64,000 nucleotides of DNA, from positions 29,574,001 to 29,638,000 of the forward strand of contig OZ024761.1 in NCBI GenBank assembly GCA_964016885.1, read 5' to 3'. Made by a program: the position numbers and the translations under genes. The DNA comes from Eledone cirrhosa. Lineage: Eukaryota. The notes below the pieces were generated by a model. That model was not told the DNA's origin. It searched no databases and saw only the letters and a list, made by a program, of their open reading frames with translations. Shown piece by piece: positions 52,770 to 64,000 of the stretch (its first letter is position 1; every line of letters begins with the position of its first letter).

Positions 52770-52940
52770 AATGTTCAGAGCCCTTGCATGGACACACTGG
52801 AAGAGGAAGACCAAGGTTAACGTATGTTGATGTCCTAAAGACACACACTGGTCTGTTGGAGACGCAGGACATGGCAGCGATAATGAGGGACAGAGACCGC
52901 TGGAGAGAACTCGTCCATGGATCTCAGGAATTTTACCCGC
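52770..52940 (+). mobile_element. RTE-like LINE extreme 3' end
   Basis: HGHTGRGRPRLTYVDVLKTHTG....DMAAIMRDRDRWR. Confidence 0.7.
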
Positions 52941-52967
52941 CCTATATATATACGTGTGTGTGCATAC

Positions 52968-53034
<67 letters not shown>

Positions 53035-53323
53035 AATGCGATTTTGATTTCGACAATAAAAACACGTGCACCGGTTGGGTTTCACCTCATTTATTTTTGT
53101 TTTTGTTTATATTAATTAAGTTACTATCTCACTGATCGGTTGGTTGAACAACAAAACACCGTATTTACCTGATTGCCATATCTATCGTATCACATTCTCT
53201 GTGTGTTTATGTACATATGTGTGTGTGTATATAGATATATGTGTGTGTGTCTGTAAGCGTGGAAAAACGGACGTAAAAACGATTATATATATATATATAT
53301 ATATATATATAAGTGGGGGTGTG

Positions 53324-53375
<52 letters not shown>

Positions 53376-53819
53376 AGAGTGGAAAACCCGACGTAAAAAT
53401 GATGATGATGACATATTTACATATATAAGTGGGGGGTGTATATATATATATATATATGTGTGTGTGTATATATATATAAGAGTGGAAAACCCGACGTAAA
53501 AATGATGATGATGATATATTTACATATATAAGTGCGTGGGGGGGGGGATTTACATATGACCACATACATATATATACATATATATATATATATGTGTGTG
53601 TGTGTGTATGTATACATATACATACATACACACACACGTGTGTGTATGTATGTAGTGGTAAATATAGACCGACTGCTTCTACTGTTACGGAAAGTGAAAG
53701 GAGTTAAATATACAGTTGTTTGGATTTTTTCCGCTTTCAGCCGACGACAATAATATAATAATTTACATAACGCACTGAGAGACAAACGGACAGACAAACC
53801 ACACCACACACCTATTTAT

Positions 53820-53851
<32 letters not shown>

Positions 53852-53963
53852 TTATATATATATATATATATATATATACCATTCTACACCACACCGCAAA
53901 CGCGCACTGTGTATATATATACATATATTTATATATGTTATTAAACATACACAAACACACACA

Positions 53964-54001
<38 letters not shown>

Positions 54002-54126
54002 ATATATATATATATATATGTGTGTATATATATTATACATATCTATATTTATTTTTATATACATGTATACATTATACATACATTGGAACCAAAATATTTT
54101 AATAGAATTTCAAACGTTAACCTTAC

Positions 54127-54330
54127 CTGGTAAATATAAGCCAAAGGGATGTCTTTGAACGTTAAATTAGATTTGAATAAAATTTAAAAAGCGACAGCAT
54201 GTGTTATTAGAGGTTAATTAAGCGGAATAGGTGTTAGTTGATAAAAAATATACTAAATCCACGATAAAACATCACCAAAACAAAAGGCGTCTGTTATTCA
54301 ACATGGCAGTAAACCATAGGTGCGCATGCT
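54127..54330 (-). promoter_or_regulatory. Candidate first exon and promoter of a minus-strand gene
   Basis: CAG|GTAAG donor at 54127/54126, NRF1-like TGCGCATGC at 54321-29, YY1-like CAACATGGC at 54299-307. Unique sequence that retains CpGs. Confidence 0.35.
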
Positions 54331-54454
54331 CCTTTCAAGGGAGACAACAAACAAAATAAGAAACGGTTTTTTCCCTTAGTTATTGGAATTCCTTTTTTTT
54401 TTTTTGTCTCTTGTATTTTTCGGGGGCAAAAAGGGATGGCATTCCGTTTTGCTG

Positions 54455-55380
54455 ATAAATGGTTGTTTGTTTAACTCCACGTCATCGAGGGTCGTGGAGG
54501 CAGAGTCCTCAAATACTCCATTCAGCAGGTTCTGTCGGAAGCAACTGTCTCCAACTGACCCGGCTAGATCTCCAGCTGAGCTCATGGATGTTAGCCAACC
54601 ATCTTGCTCAGGGTCTATCCCTGGGTCTCCTGCTGGTTGCTTTTGCTCGAGAAATCTCTCCAGCAATTCTTTCCTGAGACATTCTAACCACGTGTCCATA
54701 GTATTGGAGCTGTGTTCTGTCAATTCGGAGAAGTAGCGACTCTACCTGGAATGACTCCCTAATCTCCGAGCTACACACTCTGTCGAGTAATATTACTCCA
54801 AAGACCTTTTGGAGGAACCCCATTTCAGCCGCTTGTATTCGTGATTGTATTCTTTTGGTCATCACCCAAGGTTCATAACCATAAGTGAGGGTTGGCACGA
54901 ATACCGAATTGAAGATAGCGAGTTTGACTTTTATACCTACCTCTCTTCTTCTGATTACTGAATACTGAAGCTGGTGCATTACTGTGCCAGCTCCTGCAAT
55001 TCTTGCACTTAATTCAGCCTCCTGCCTTCCATCACTCTCGTGAACATGCCCCCGTGGTACTTGAACTTCTCCACCTGCTTCAGTGGAACTCCATTTACAT
55101 GTAGAGTGCACTGCTCAGGCTTACTTGAAAGGATGAGCGTCACAGTTTTTGCAGAACTGATTTGCATTTCAGCCATGCAGTATTCGATTTCAAACCTGAA
55201 AGTCGAAGAGTGAAAGTCGAAGATCACCTTCTGCTGAGTTAAGTAACACCATGTCATCTTCAAATTCCAGTTGATTGATTTTACACCTGCCAGTCATGGT
55301 ACCTAATCCAACCCAGCTGCACATATCAATCCTGTTCATGTAAATAATGAACATGGGAAGTAACAATGAAACAAGACCTA
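54455..55380 (-). pseudogene. RTE-like LINE ORF2 3' remnant
   Basis: LEFEDDMVLL (degenerate xxDD), LKQVEKFKY, KVKLAIFNSVFVPTLTYGYEPW...RIQAAEMGFL...LQYYGHVVRM. Frameshifted. Confidence 0.85.
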
Positions 55381-56421
55381 TGATCAAATTCATCCCATAA
55401 CATCTGATTTATAGACATAGTGTATATCTAGGATTAAACTTCTTTTAAACTAGTAACATTACATTTCCTGGCAGGTTTGGTTGCTATTTCTAGCAGATTA
55501 AGCAACTACTTACAGACTGATTCGTTGACTCATGTTGGTGGCTAGACCTCGTTGATGAGATCAGAATAAGAATGGAATATGTCCAGAGTTGTCTTTCTAT
55601 ACATATTATAAAAATCATAAATTTCTTTTTATTGTTTAGTCAGAAGAGAGAGGGCAAGACCTGTGACCTTTCTCAGTGTCTCAGAGACTGACGGGAGGGG
55701 AGAAAGCTATCTCCAGGCCAGATACTGTGTTGGAGGAACATAGACTTCACTAAAGGCAGCTAAGGGTCAAGTGACGATGTTAAATTGAACAGTGGAAGAA
55801 GCCCAGCCTTCCTCCACTTGCAACCATCTTTCATCATCTCCTTCTCTAGGATGTTCACCATTTTGTAATCAGCCCTAACCACCCCTCAGCTAGGTCTTCC
55901 TTGGTCATCCTCCTATTGCAGCTTTCCTCCATTGGCATCATTTGGTATTTCTTCACCCGACAGAAACTATTTTCTATTCTTTAGGAAATCCAAAACCCTT
56001 TTCATTGTAATAATTAACAGTGATTGTGGTTTTTGTTCTTCGTTTAATTATGTTGCATTGTTAATTAAATTGAGTGACTAGTCATCTGATAAACTAATTA
56101 ATTAATTCTTATATTTAATTCATTCATTATATGAGAGAAAAAAAGAAGCATATGATCTCTCTACTTTAAAAAGATACATCGTTCATTTCTTTCTAACTCT
56201 CTTTCATATTTTCAATTGTGTTGTTCTCTCCTTCTCAATTATTATTTGTATTGACTTTGCCTTTCATCCTTACGGGGTCGATAAAATAAAGTACCAGTAA
56301 TGCATTGGATAATTGCTGGCCTTGTGCCTAAAGTAGAAACAATTATTTGTAGTAGTAGTAGTAGTTTTGTAAACCCTTTGAAGTCAATAAAGAAATTATT
56401 ATTGCTATTATTATTACTGTT

Positions 56422-57020
56422 ATTCTTGGAGTCTCAGTCATTGATGTTATTTAACTGGAAAGTTTGTTCAAATGAACATCAAGCTGCTACCTGCAGTCTC
56501 AGATATTCAGGACGTATCAGAGGGTTCTTGCTGCTCCCAGCAACAGCAAGCATGCCTTTTGAAGTGTTCCAAAAAAGGGGGCTGGACTAATGTTCTTTAA
56601 CCATCCTTGAAAACTCTTTGAGATAGTACCTAGTGCTCCTATGACAATCGGGATGACCTTGATCACATGACAGTCCCAAATCCTTTTTAACTCCCACTTT
56701 AAATACTGGTATCGGTTAATTTTCTCCTGCTCCTTTTCTTGCACTCTTGTGTCAAAGGGGCAGGCTACATCTACAATCAAGCACAATCTTTTTTCCTTGT
56801 CAAAAACCACCAGGTCAGGCCTATTGTGTTCTAATGTCTTGTCTGTCTGTATCCTGAAATCCCATAGCACCTTCACTTGATCGTTTTCTATCATCGACTC
56901 TGGATTATGCTCATACCACTTCTCAGAGGGTGGTAAATTATTATCTTTGCATAAATGCCAGTGAATCACCTTTCCTATTATATCACAGATCCTACACAGT
57001 GAGCTAGCCTCCTCCTTGTC
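56422..57020 (-). mobile_element. R4/Dong-like retrotransposon 3' fragment
   Basis: LCRIC (zinc-knuckle start), KWYEHNP, LWDFRIQTDKTLEHNRPDLVVFDK..CLIVDVACPFD..EKEQEKINRY (PD-D/ExK endonuclease). Sits in degenerate (TAA)n. Confidence 0.88.
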
Positions 57021-57054
57021 AATATTATTACTATTATCATTATTATTTCCATTA

Positions 57055-57248
57055 TTGGTAGATTGGCAGTATCGGTAGAGGCTCGGACACCATGCTTTGA
57101 TGCATAGAGTTACAGCCCTTTATGATCTGAGTTCAATTCCTGCTGAGGTTAACTTTGCCTTTCATCCTTACCGGGTCGATAAAATAAAGTACCAGTAATG
57201 CACTGAGTAATAGCTGGCCTTGTGCCAAAAGTAGAAACAATTATTATT
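57055..57248 (+). mobile_element. SINE family 1
   Basis: Matches 2311-2500. Confidence 0.85.
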
Positions 57249-59004
57249 TCCATTATTATTTTTATTGCACATCATTACTGCTTTACCATGCACAGCTCTG
57301 TGTGCCTTGGGTATGAGCAGTGTAAAATTGATGGTGGGTATGTCATCATTAAAGTCTTTTCCTATGATAGATAACAAATTACCAATAAAAAGAAACTAAT
57401 TCGCAAGAGGTAGGACAGTGCCCATAACCTTTGTAGGTTATTGATATGGCTCATGATTAGTTCAAAGTTGATGAATTATCAAAGACATTAGAATGTTGGA
57501 TTAAAAATGTGTTATGGTATTTGCTGTAGCTCTCTGCACATTGATTTCAATTTTTGCAGAAAACAACTTTTGAGGTGAATTTCTTAACCACATAGCCAGC
57601 CTGCACCTCATGACTTTATAAAATGTATTTTAATCTAACTACACAGTATTAAGGCTGTCAATATTTTATTTTATTATTGCAAAACTATAATTTTATATTA
57701 CTATTATAATATTATAATTCATAGAATAGATGTTGTCTTCGAGGCAACACTGTTGGTAATATTATAATTTTATACTACATCCTTACGGGTAATTGCTGGC
57801 CTTGTGCCAAAAGTAGAAACAATTATAATTTTATACTACAAATGCAATACTATAATTTTATTTTATTATTGCAATAAAGGCACCCACTAAAAACTGTAAG
57901 GTGGTTGGTGTAAGAAAGGACATCCAGCCATAGAAAGCTTGCTACACAAAGGGTTTGTCCCAAAGACATGATAACCTCTCTAGTGTTCATGATCTACACA
58001 ATTAATGCACCCATTACATGCTGTAAAGTGGTTGGTAATAGGAAGGACATCCAGATGTAGAAAGTTTGCCCAAAAATGGGTTGAAAGCACCTCTCTGTTA
58101 AGTCAAAGGCGTGACAACCGCCTTAGTGTTGGTATCATGATAAAAAGCACTCAGTAGTGCATGTGGCCATTTCTAAACAAGATGCAAGCTTCCAGCCTAT
58201 GTGGGAGGTCAGTAGCCCCACTTGATTACAAAAACATACAATGACCCATCCTGAAATATTTTAGCTGTGGGTCTCTTTAGATATAGGTATATAAAAAGGC
58301 TGATATCATAATATAACAGAAGTGTATTTGGAGGCTATTTTTTGTTTACTTTTGTGTTTTGTTCTTTGTAAGAGTTGGCAGTGGTGGCTGACCCAGAAAG
58401 ACATGATATAAAGTCATGACGACAGAGCTGTAGCGAAGATACTGGGTTGTATGAATGTAACAAAGAGACATGGTTTGTGTGTATAATATTTAATCAACAA
58501 TTTAACAGTATAGTTGACATGTCAATGAATAAACGAAAGAATGAAGCAAAGTTAGTAGTTACCGTTTTGATTGCCAGGCAAACGCGAGACACCTGGCGAA
58601 GGCCAGGCGCCGGAAGGGCAAATGAGAAAGAAACTAAACTTCACAATAACAGCAACAAAGGACCATCATGCTGGACTAATGAAAACCTATTTACCAGCAT
58701 AAAATGTATCCTGAACCATTCATGTTCCTACCCCACCCCTTTCGCTATTACTCCTTAGTAGTTATCTCCACCATCTATGTACACCCCAGCCCCTACTCAA
58801 TCCAAGATCACCCTCCCAACTCTCTCTCTCATACATACATATATATAATTATGTCTCATATAAAATAATACAACTGGCTATCTGCAAAATACGTATAGTT
58901 AGCACCCCAAACATATAATTGGGATTATACTAAGGTATATCCTAATGTTTGTTGAGTGAGACGGAAGCCGGTCGGAGTATTGCTTAAAGCTTTCTCTGTT
59001 AATG

Positions 59005-59194
<190 letters not shown>

Positions 59195-59198
59195 ATAT

Positions 59199-59520
59199 GG
59201 AGGCACATGGCTTAGTTAGAGCATTGGCCTTGCAATCGAAAGGTTGTCTCAGACTGGGTGATGTGTTGTTTCCTTGAGCAAGACACTTTATTTCACATTG
59301 CTCCAGTTTACTCAGCTGTAGAAATGAGATGATAGGGACTGGGGTCCATATCATTCCACTGCAAAGTGGTCGTGGAGGTGCCACGGCAAAAAAGCACCCA
59401 GCACTCACTGTAAATGAGGTTGGTGTTAGGAAGGGCATCCAGCTGTAGAAATCAAGCCAGAATCAGTTCCCGCCCCACCCTTGCAAGCAGGGAAAAAGCG
59501 GACGTAAAATGAAATGATGA

Positions 59521-59525
<5 letters not shown>
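59199..59525 (+). mobile_element. SINE family 2 in (TA)n
   Basis: Near-identical to 470-806 with small head deletions. Confidence 0.85.
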
Positions 59526-59573
<48 letters not shown>

Positions 59574-59926
59574 TATTAGTAAAAAGGAAAAGAAAATGCT
59601 GACAAATTTTTCCCAGTGAAAAATAGTTTAATTAGGAATAAGTATAAATTAGTAATAAGTATTAGTTAGTATTCTGTTTTAGTTTTAAGTTTTTACCAGT
59701 TGCACATTTATTATGCTTTTCAAAAATAATTTTGAGATAGAGTGCTCTCTCTCTCTCTGTATATATATATATATAATAATAATATATATGTAGTAAGAAA
59801 CACAGTAAATCGTGTGTCTAATATTACTAGGGTTGAAAGACCACATTTGTTTGAAATATTTAACCATGAAGCTGACAGAGCTTACTGATAACAGGGTTTC
59901 AGTAAGAGTTATTAACTCTAACTTTC

Positions 59927-59979
<53 letters not shown>

Positions 59980-60365
59980 GAAAGTAAACAGAAATAACAA
60001 AGCAAATGACACAGTACAATGAAGAAATATATTAGTTTAATGCTTATATCATCGTCATCATTACCGTCATTTTCACATCAGCTTTCCTAGCTAGTAAGGG
60101 TTTAACAGATCTACATAGACCAAGTCAGTACTGAAGTGGAGCAACTGATCTTCTAGACAGGCTAGGGATCTGTGTCGTGCTTATGTAAGGTCTCACATTT
60201 CACTGAGTGCACAGGAGAGATTGTCATGTTTTGACACAACTGAGGGTCCTCCCAGCCCTTTGTTTGGCAGGCTTTCTATGACTGAATGCTCTTCCTATCA
60301 CCAACCACTTTACAGCATGTACTGGGTGTGTTTATTGTGTCGGTCATCAAACACATATATATATG

Positions 60366-60555
60366 GTAATAATAATAAATGTGAAGACTAAAATCCGAAG
60401 GGGGCTCAATAAAGAGTTTCAGAAGATCCTGTTATGGGTGAAAGCAGCAATTCTTTGCTTAAACTTTAATCTGTTATTTTAATAAATATATATATATATA
60501 TTGATTATAAGAACAGATTAAAGTTTAAGCAAAGAATCGCTGCTTTCACCCTTAT
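60366..60555. repeat. Family F element with tail-to-tail inverted arms around (TA)n
   Basis: GGGTGAAAGCAGC.ATTCTTTGCTTAAACTTTAATCTGTT is mirrored across a (TA)n spacer. Other copies at 16595-16640 and 50761-50882. Confidence 0.7.
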
Positions 60556-60770
60556 GAAACTAAACAAATTAATCTGTGGACACAGGTAAATATTTCAAAA
60601 AACGTTACAACCGAAGGAAAACAGGAAGACGATACTTTGGGTTTTAAGTATGTCTTCCTGCTAAGTACTGGTATATTTTTCAAGAAGCAATAGTGGAAGG
60701 GCTGAGGTAGGAACATGATAAGTTATATATATATATATATTTGTTTTGCAATATATTTGTGTTGAAACGA

Positions 60771-61420
60771 ATATTGTTATACTTGGGAGGAGGGTCATAT
60801 TGTTATAATATTGCCAGAAATGATAACAGAACACACTCACTGTTTGGTTTGGGTTGGTTTTCACTTCTGTATCTTTTATATCTCCATAGTTAATTTATTT
60901 GGCAATCAATGTTTATCATTAATTGACCAACGGTTAAAAATACAGATATAAATATATATGGTGCCCCAGCATGGCCTCAGCCGGATGGCTGAAACAGGTA
61001 AAAGAGATATATAGTCTATCAAAGTTCTTTCGTCACACATCTGCGACATCATCAGTGGTACTACTATGTTTCCTCCCATTGTATTGTAATGACTACGCCA
61101 TTTTTATTTAATTTATTTTATTTAATTATTAAATAAAAATGGTGTAGATATTACAATACAATGGGAGAAAACATAATAGTACCACTGATGATGTCGCAGA
61201 TGTGTGACGAAAGAACTTTGATAGACTATATATATATATATTTATATCTGTATTTTTAACCATTGGTCAATTAATGATAAACATTGATTGCCAAATAAAT
61301 TAACTATGGAGATATAAAAGATACAGAAGCGAAAACCAACCCAAACCAAACAGTGAGTGTGTTCTGTCATTATTTCTGGCAAAATTATAACAATATGACC
61401 CTCTCCAAGTATAACAATAT
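60771..61420. mobile_element. 650-bp fold-back with divergent hammerhead cores (family C)
   Basis: About 290-bp arms centred near 61120. CTGATGA at 61185-91(+) and 61049-55(-). A 46-bp SINE-tail fragment is inserted in the left arm (60960-61006). Confidence 0.8.
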
Positions 61421-61424
61421 ATAT

Positions 61425-61512
<88 letters not shown>

Positions 61513-62059
61513 TAAGAGAATTGACAAAGAAAGGACAAGACAACAAACAGAAACAAAACAAACCAGAAAACAATTTTTTAAGAGGAAACCTTAAAAAATT
61601 ATTTTTTTAAATAAATATTCAAACGAAGAACACAGAACTCCATGGTCATCGACCGTTGAGATGGACTTGGGCAGTTTCGACCCCTACCAATGGTACTGCA
61701 GATTTATCTGGTATCACAGCGTCTGACATAAGCGAAACGCTGTCCAAAGGAGTAAGAGACAAAAGACAAAACATTAATCTATAGCCATTAAGCTATCACC
61801 ATTAATCTACAGCCATTAATCTATAGCCATTCAGCTGTGCTAGAGACGTAACAACCTCCCTAGTGTTGGCATCATGATAAAATTAGCTCAGTAGATCATG
61901 GGGTCAGATGTAAGTGAGTTGCAAACTGCCAGCCTGGCTGATGAGCACTTGGTGGGTTGCATAAACACATGAAAACAAAATCTCAGCTCCTGGCTAGCCC
62001 ATCTTTGGGGTCAGTAGCTCTATTTGAGTACCAACCTGGTCAGTTCACAATCTATGAAG

Positions 62060-63590
62060 GTAATGTTGATGGTGATGTTGATTATGATCATGGAGATGGT
62101 AGTTTTGGTGGTGGTGGTGGTGGTGGTAGTGGTGGTGATGATGAAGGTTATTGTTATTGTAATGATGATGATAATGATGAAATGATGACGCTAATGATGA
62201 TGGTGATGGTAATGAGGATGATGATAATGATGATGATGATAATGATGATGATGGTGATAATGATGGTGATGATGGTAATGATGGTAATGATGGTAATGAT
62301 GATGATGATGATGATGATGATGATGGTAATGATGGTGATGATGATGATGATGGTGATGATGGTGATGATGATGATGATGATGATGATGATGGTGATGGTG
62401 GTGGTGGTGGCAATAGTGATGTAAATCTTAGCCAAATTCAAAAAGATTTATTTGTGAAATTTGCTTTTTATTTTAATTTAATCTACTTAAACAGAAAGAA
62501 TTAATTTTTGAGAGATTTCAACACATTGCTGGATTGTGAGTTAATCCTACCACTACTACCACCGCCACTACTACCACTACCACCATTACCACCACCACTA
62601 CTACCATCACCACCACTACCACCACCACCATCACTACTACAGCTACTACAACCACCCACTAACCACCAACACTACCACCTCCACCACAACAACCACTACC
62701 ACCTCCACCACAACAATCACCACAACCACAATCACCATCACTAACCACCACTGCCTCTACCATCTCAACCACAACCACAACCACAACCACCATCACTAAC
62801 CACCCCAGCCACTACCATCACCACAACAACCACCACTACCACCTCCACCACAACAACCACAACCACCATCACTAACCACCACTGCCACTACCATCACCAC
62901 CACCACAACAACCACAACCACCACAACAACCACTACCACCTCCACCACAACAACCATAACCACCTCCACCACCACCACAACAACCACTACCTACTCCACC
63001 ACAACAACCACAACCACCATCACTAAACACCACTGCCACTACCACCACCACCACAACAACCACAACCACTACCACCTCCACCACAACAACCACAACCACC
63101 ATCACTAAACACCACTGCCACTACCACCACCACCACAACAACCACTACCACCTCCACCACCACCACAACAACCACTACCACCTCCACCACAACAACCACA
63201 ATCACCATCACCAAACACCACTGCCACTACCACCACTACCACAACAACCACTACCACCTCCACCACAACAACCACAATCACCATCACTAAACACCACTGC
63301 CACTACCACCACCACCACAACAACCACTACCACCTCCACCACAACAACCATTACCACCACCACCACAACAACCACTACCACCTCAACAACCACTACCACC
63401 TCCACCACAACAACCACTACCACCTCCACCACCACCACAACAACCACTACCACCACCACCACAACAACCACTACCACCTCCACCACCACCACAACAACCA
63501 CTACCACCTCCACCACAACAACCACAATCACCATCACTAAACACCACTGCCACTACCATCACCACCAACGCTGCAACCAGCATCACAACT
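62060..63590. repeat. (ATG)n and (ACC)n-type compound arrays
   Basis: Simple repeats. Confidence 0.95.
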
Positions 63591-63950
63591 GACCACCGCC
63601 GACACCCCCCCCACACACACACACACACAACAACCACCATCACCACCTCCCCCATACCATCGCACCTCAAACACCCTCACCTACACCCCCACCACACTAC
63701 TCACATAACTCGACTAGCATCCAATTTCACTGTATTATATCTAAATTCTATTGTTTTATTTAATTATATATATGACCATGTATATGATGTGTGTGTGTGT
63801 GTGTATATCAATGTGTGTTTGTGTGTGTGGCTTTGTGATTACATGTGTGTGTATGTGTATACACATATATTTTATATATATATATATGTGTGTGTGTCAT
63901 CATCGTCATTTCATTTTACAACCGCTTTTCCCTGCTTGCAAGGGTGGGAC

Positions 63951-63986
<36 letters not shown>

Positions 63987-64000
63987 ATATATATATATAT

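Overview
AT-rich, extremely microsatellite-dense animal DNA. The SINE, LINE and microsatellite landscape is most consistent with a coleoid cephalopod, probably Octopus (inference). No intact protein-coding gene is evident: nearly all listed ORFs are translations of simple repeats, and the rest are decayed non-LTR retrotransposons (RTE-like, CR1-like, R4/Dong-like). The window also holds dozens of tRNA-derived SINE copies, hAT-, piggyBac-, pogo- and Helitron-like non-autonomous elements, several TE-derived minisatellites, and a few candidate spliced exons suggesting a large minus-strand intronic or 5'-UTR region. The most striking signal is a set of short non-coding fold-back elements, mostly next to (TA)n tracts. 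At least four unrelated families carry type I hammerhead-ribozyme cores (CUGAUGA...GAAA...NUH) or their 3' halves, arranged head-to-head on opposite strands. Several also share a conserved downstream bulged stem-loop (ACTCTAC..GTATTGAGTA). They resemble non-autonomous derivatives of Penelope-like pLTRs or retrozymes. All folds were done by eye, and coordinates of degenerate repeats are approximate.
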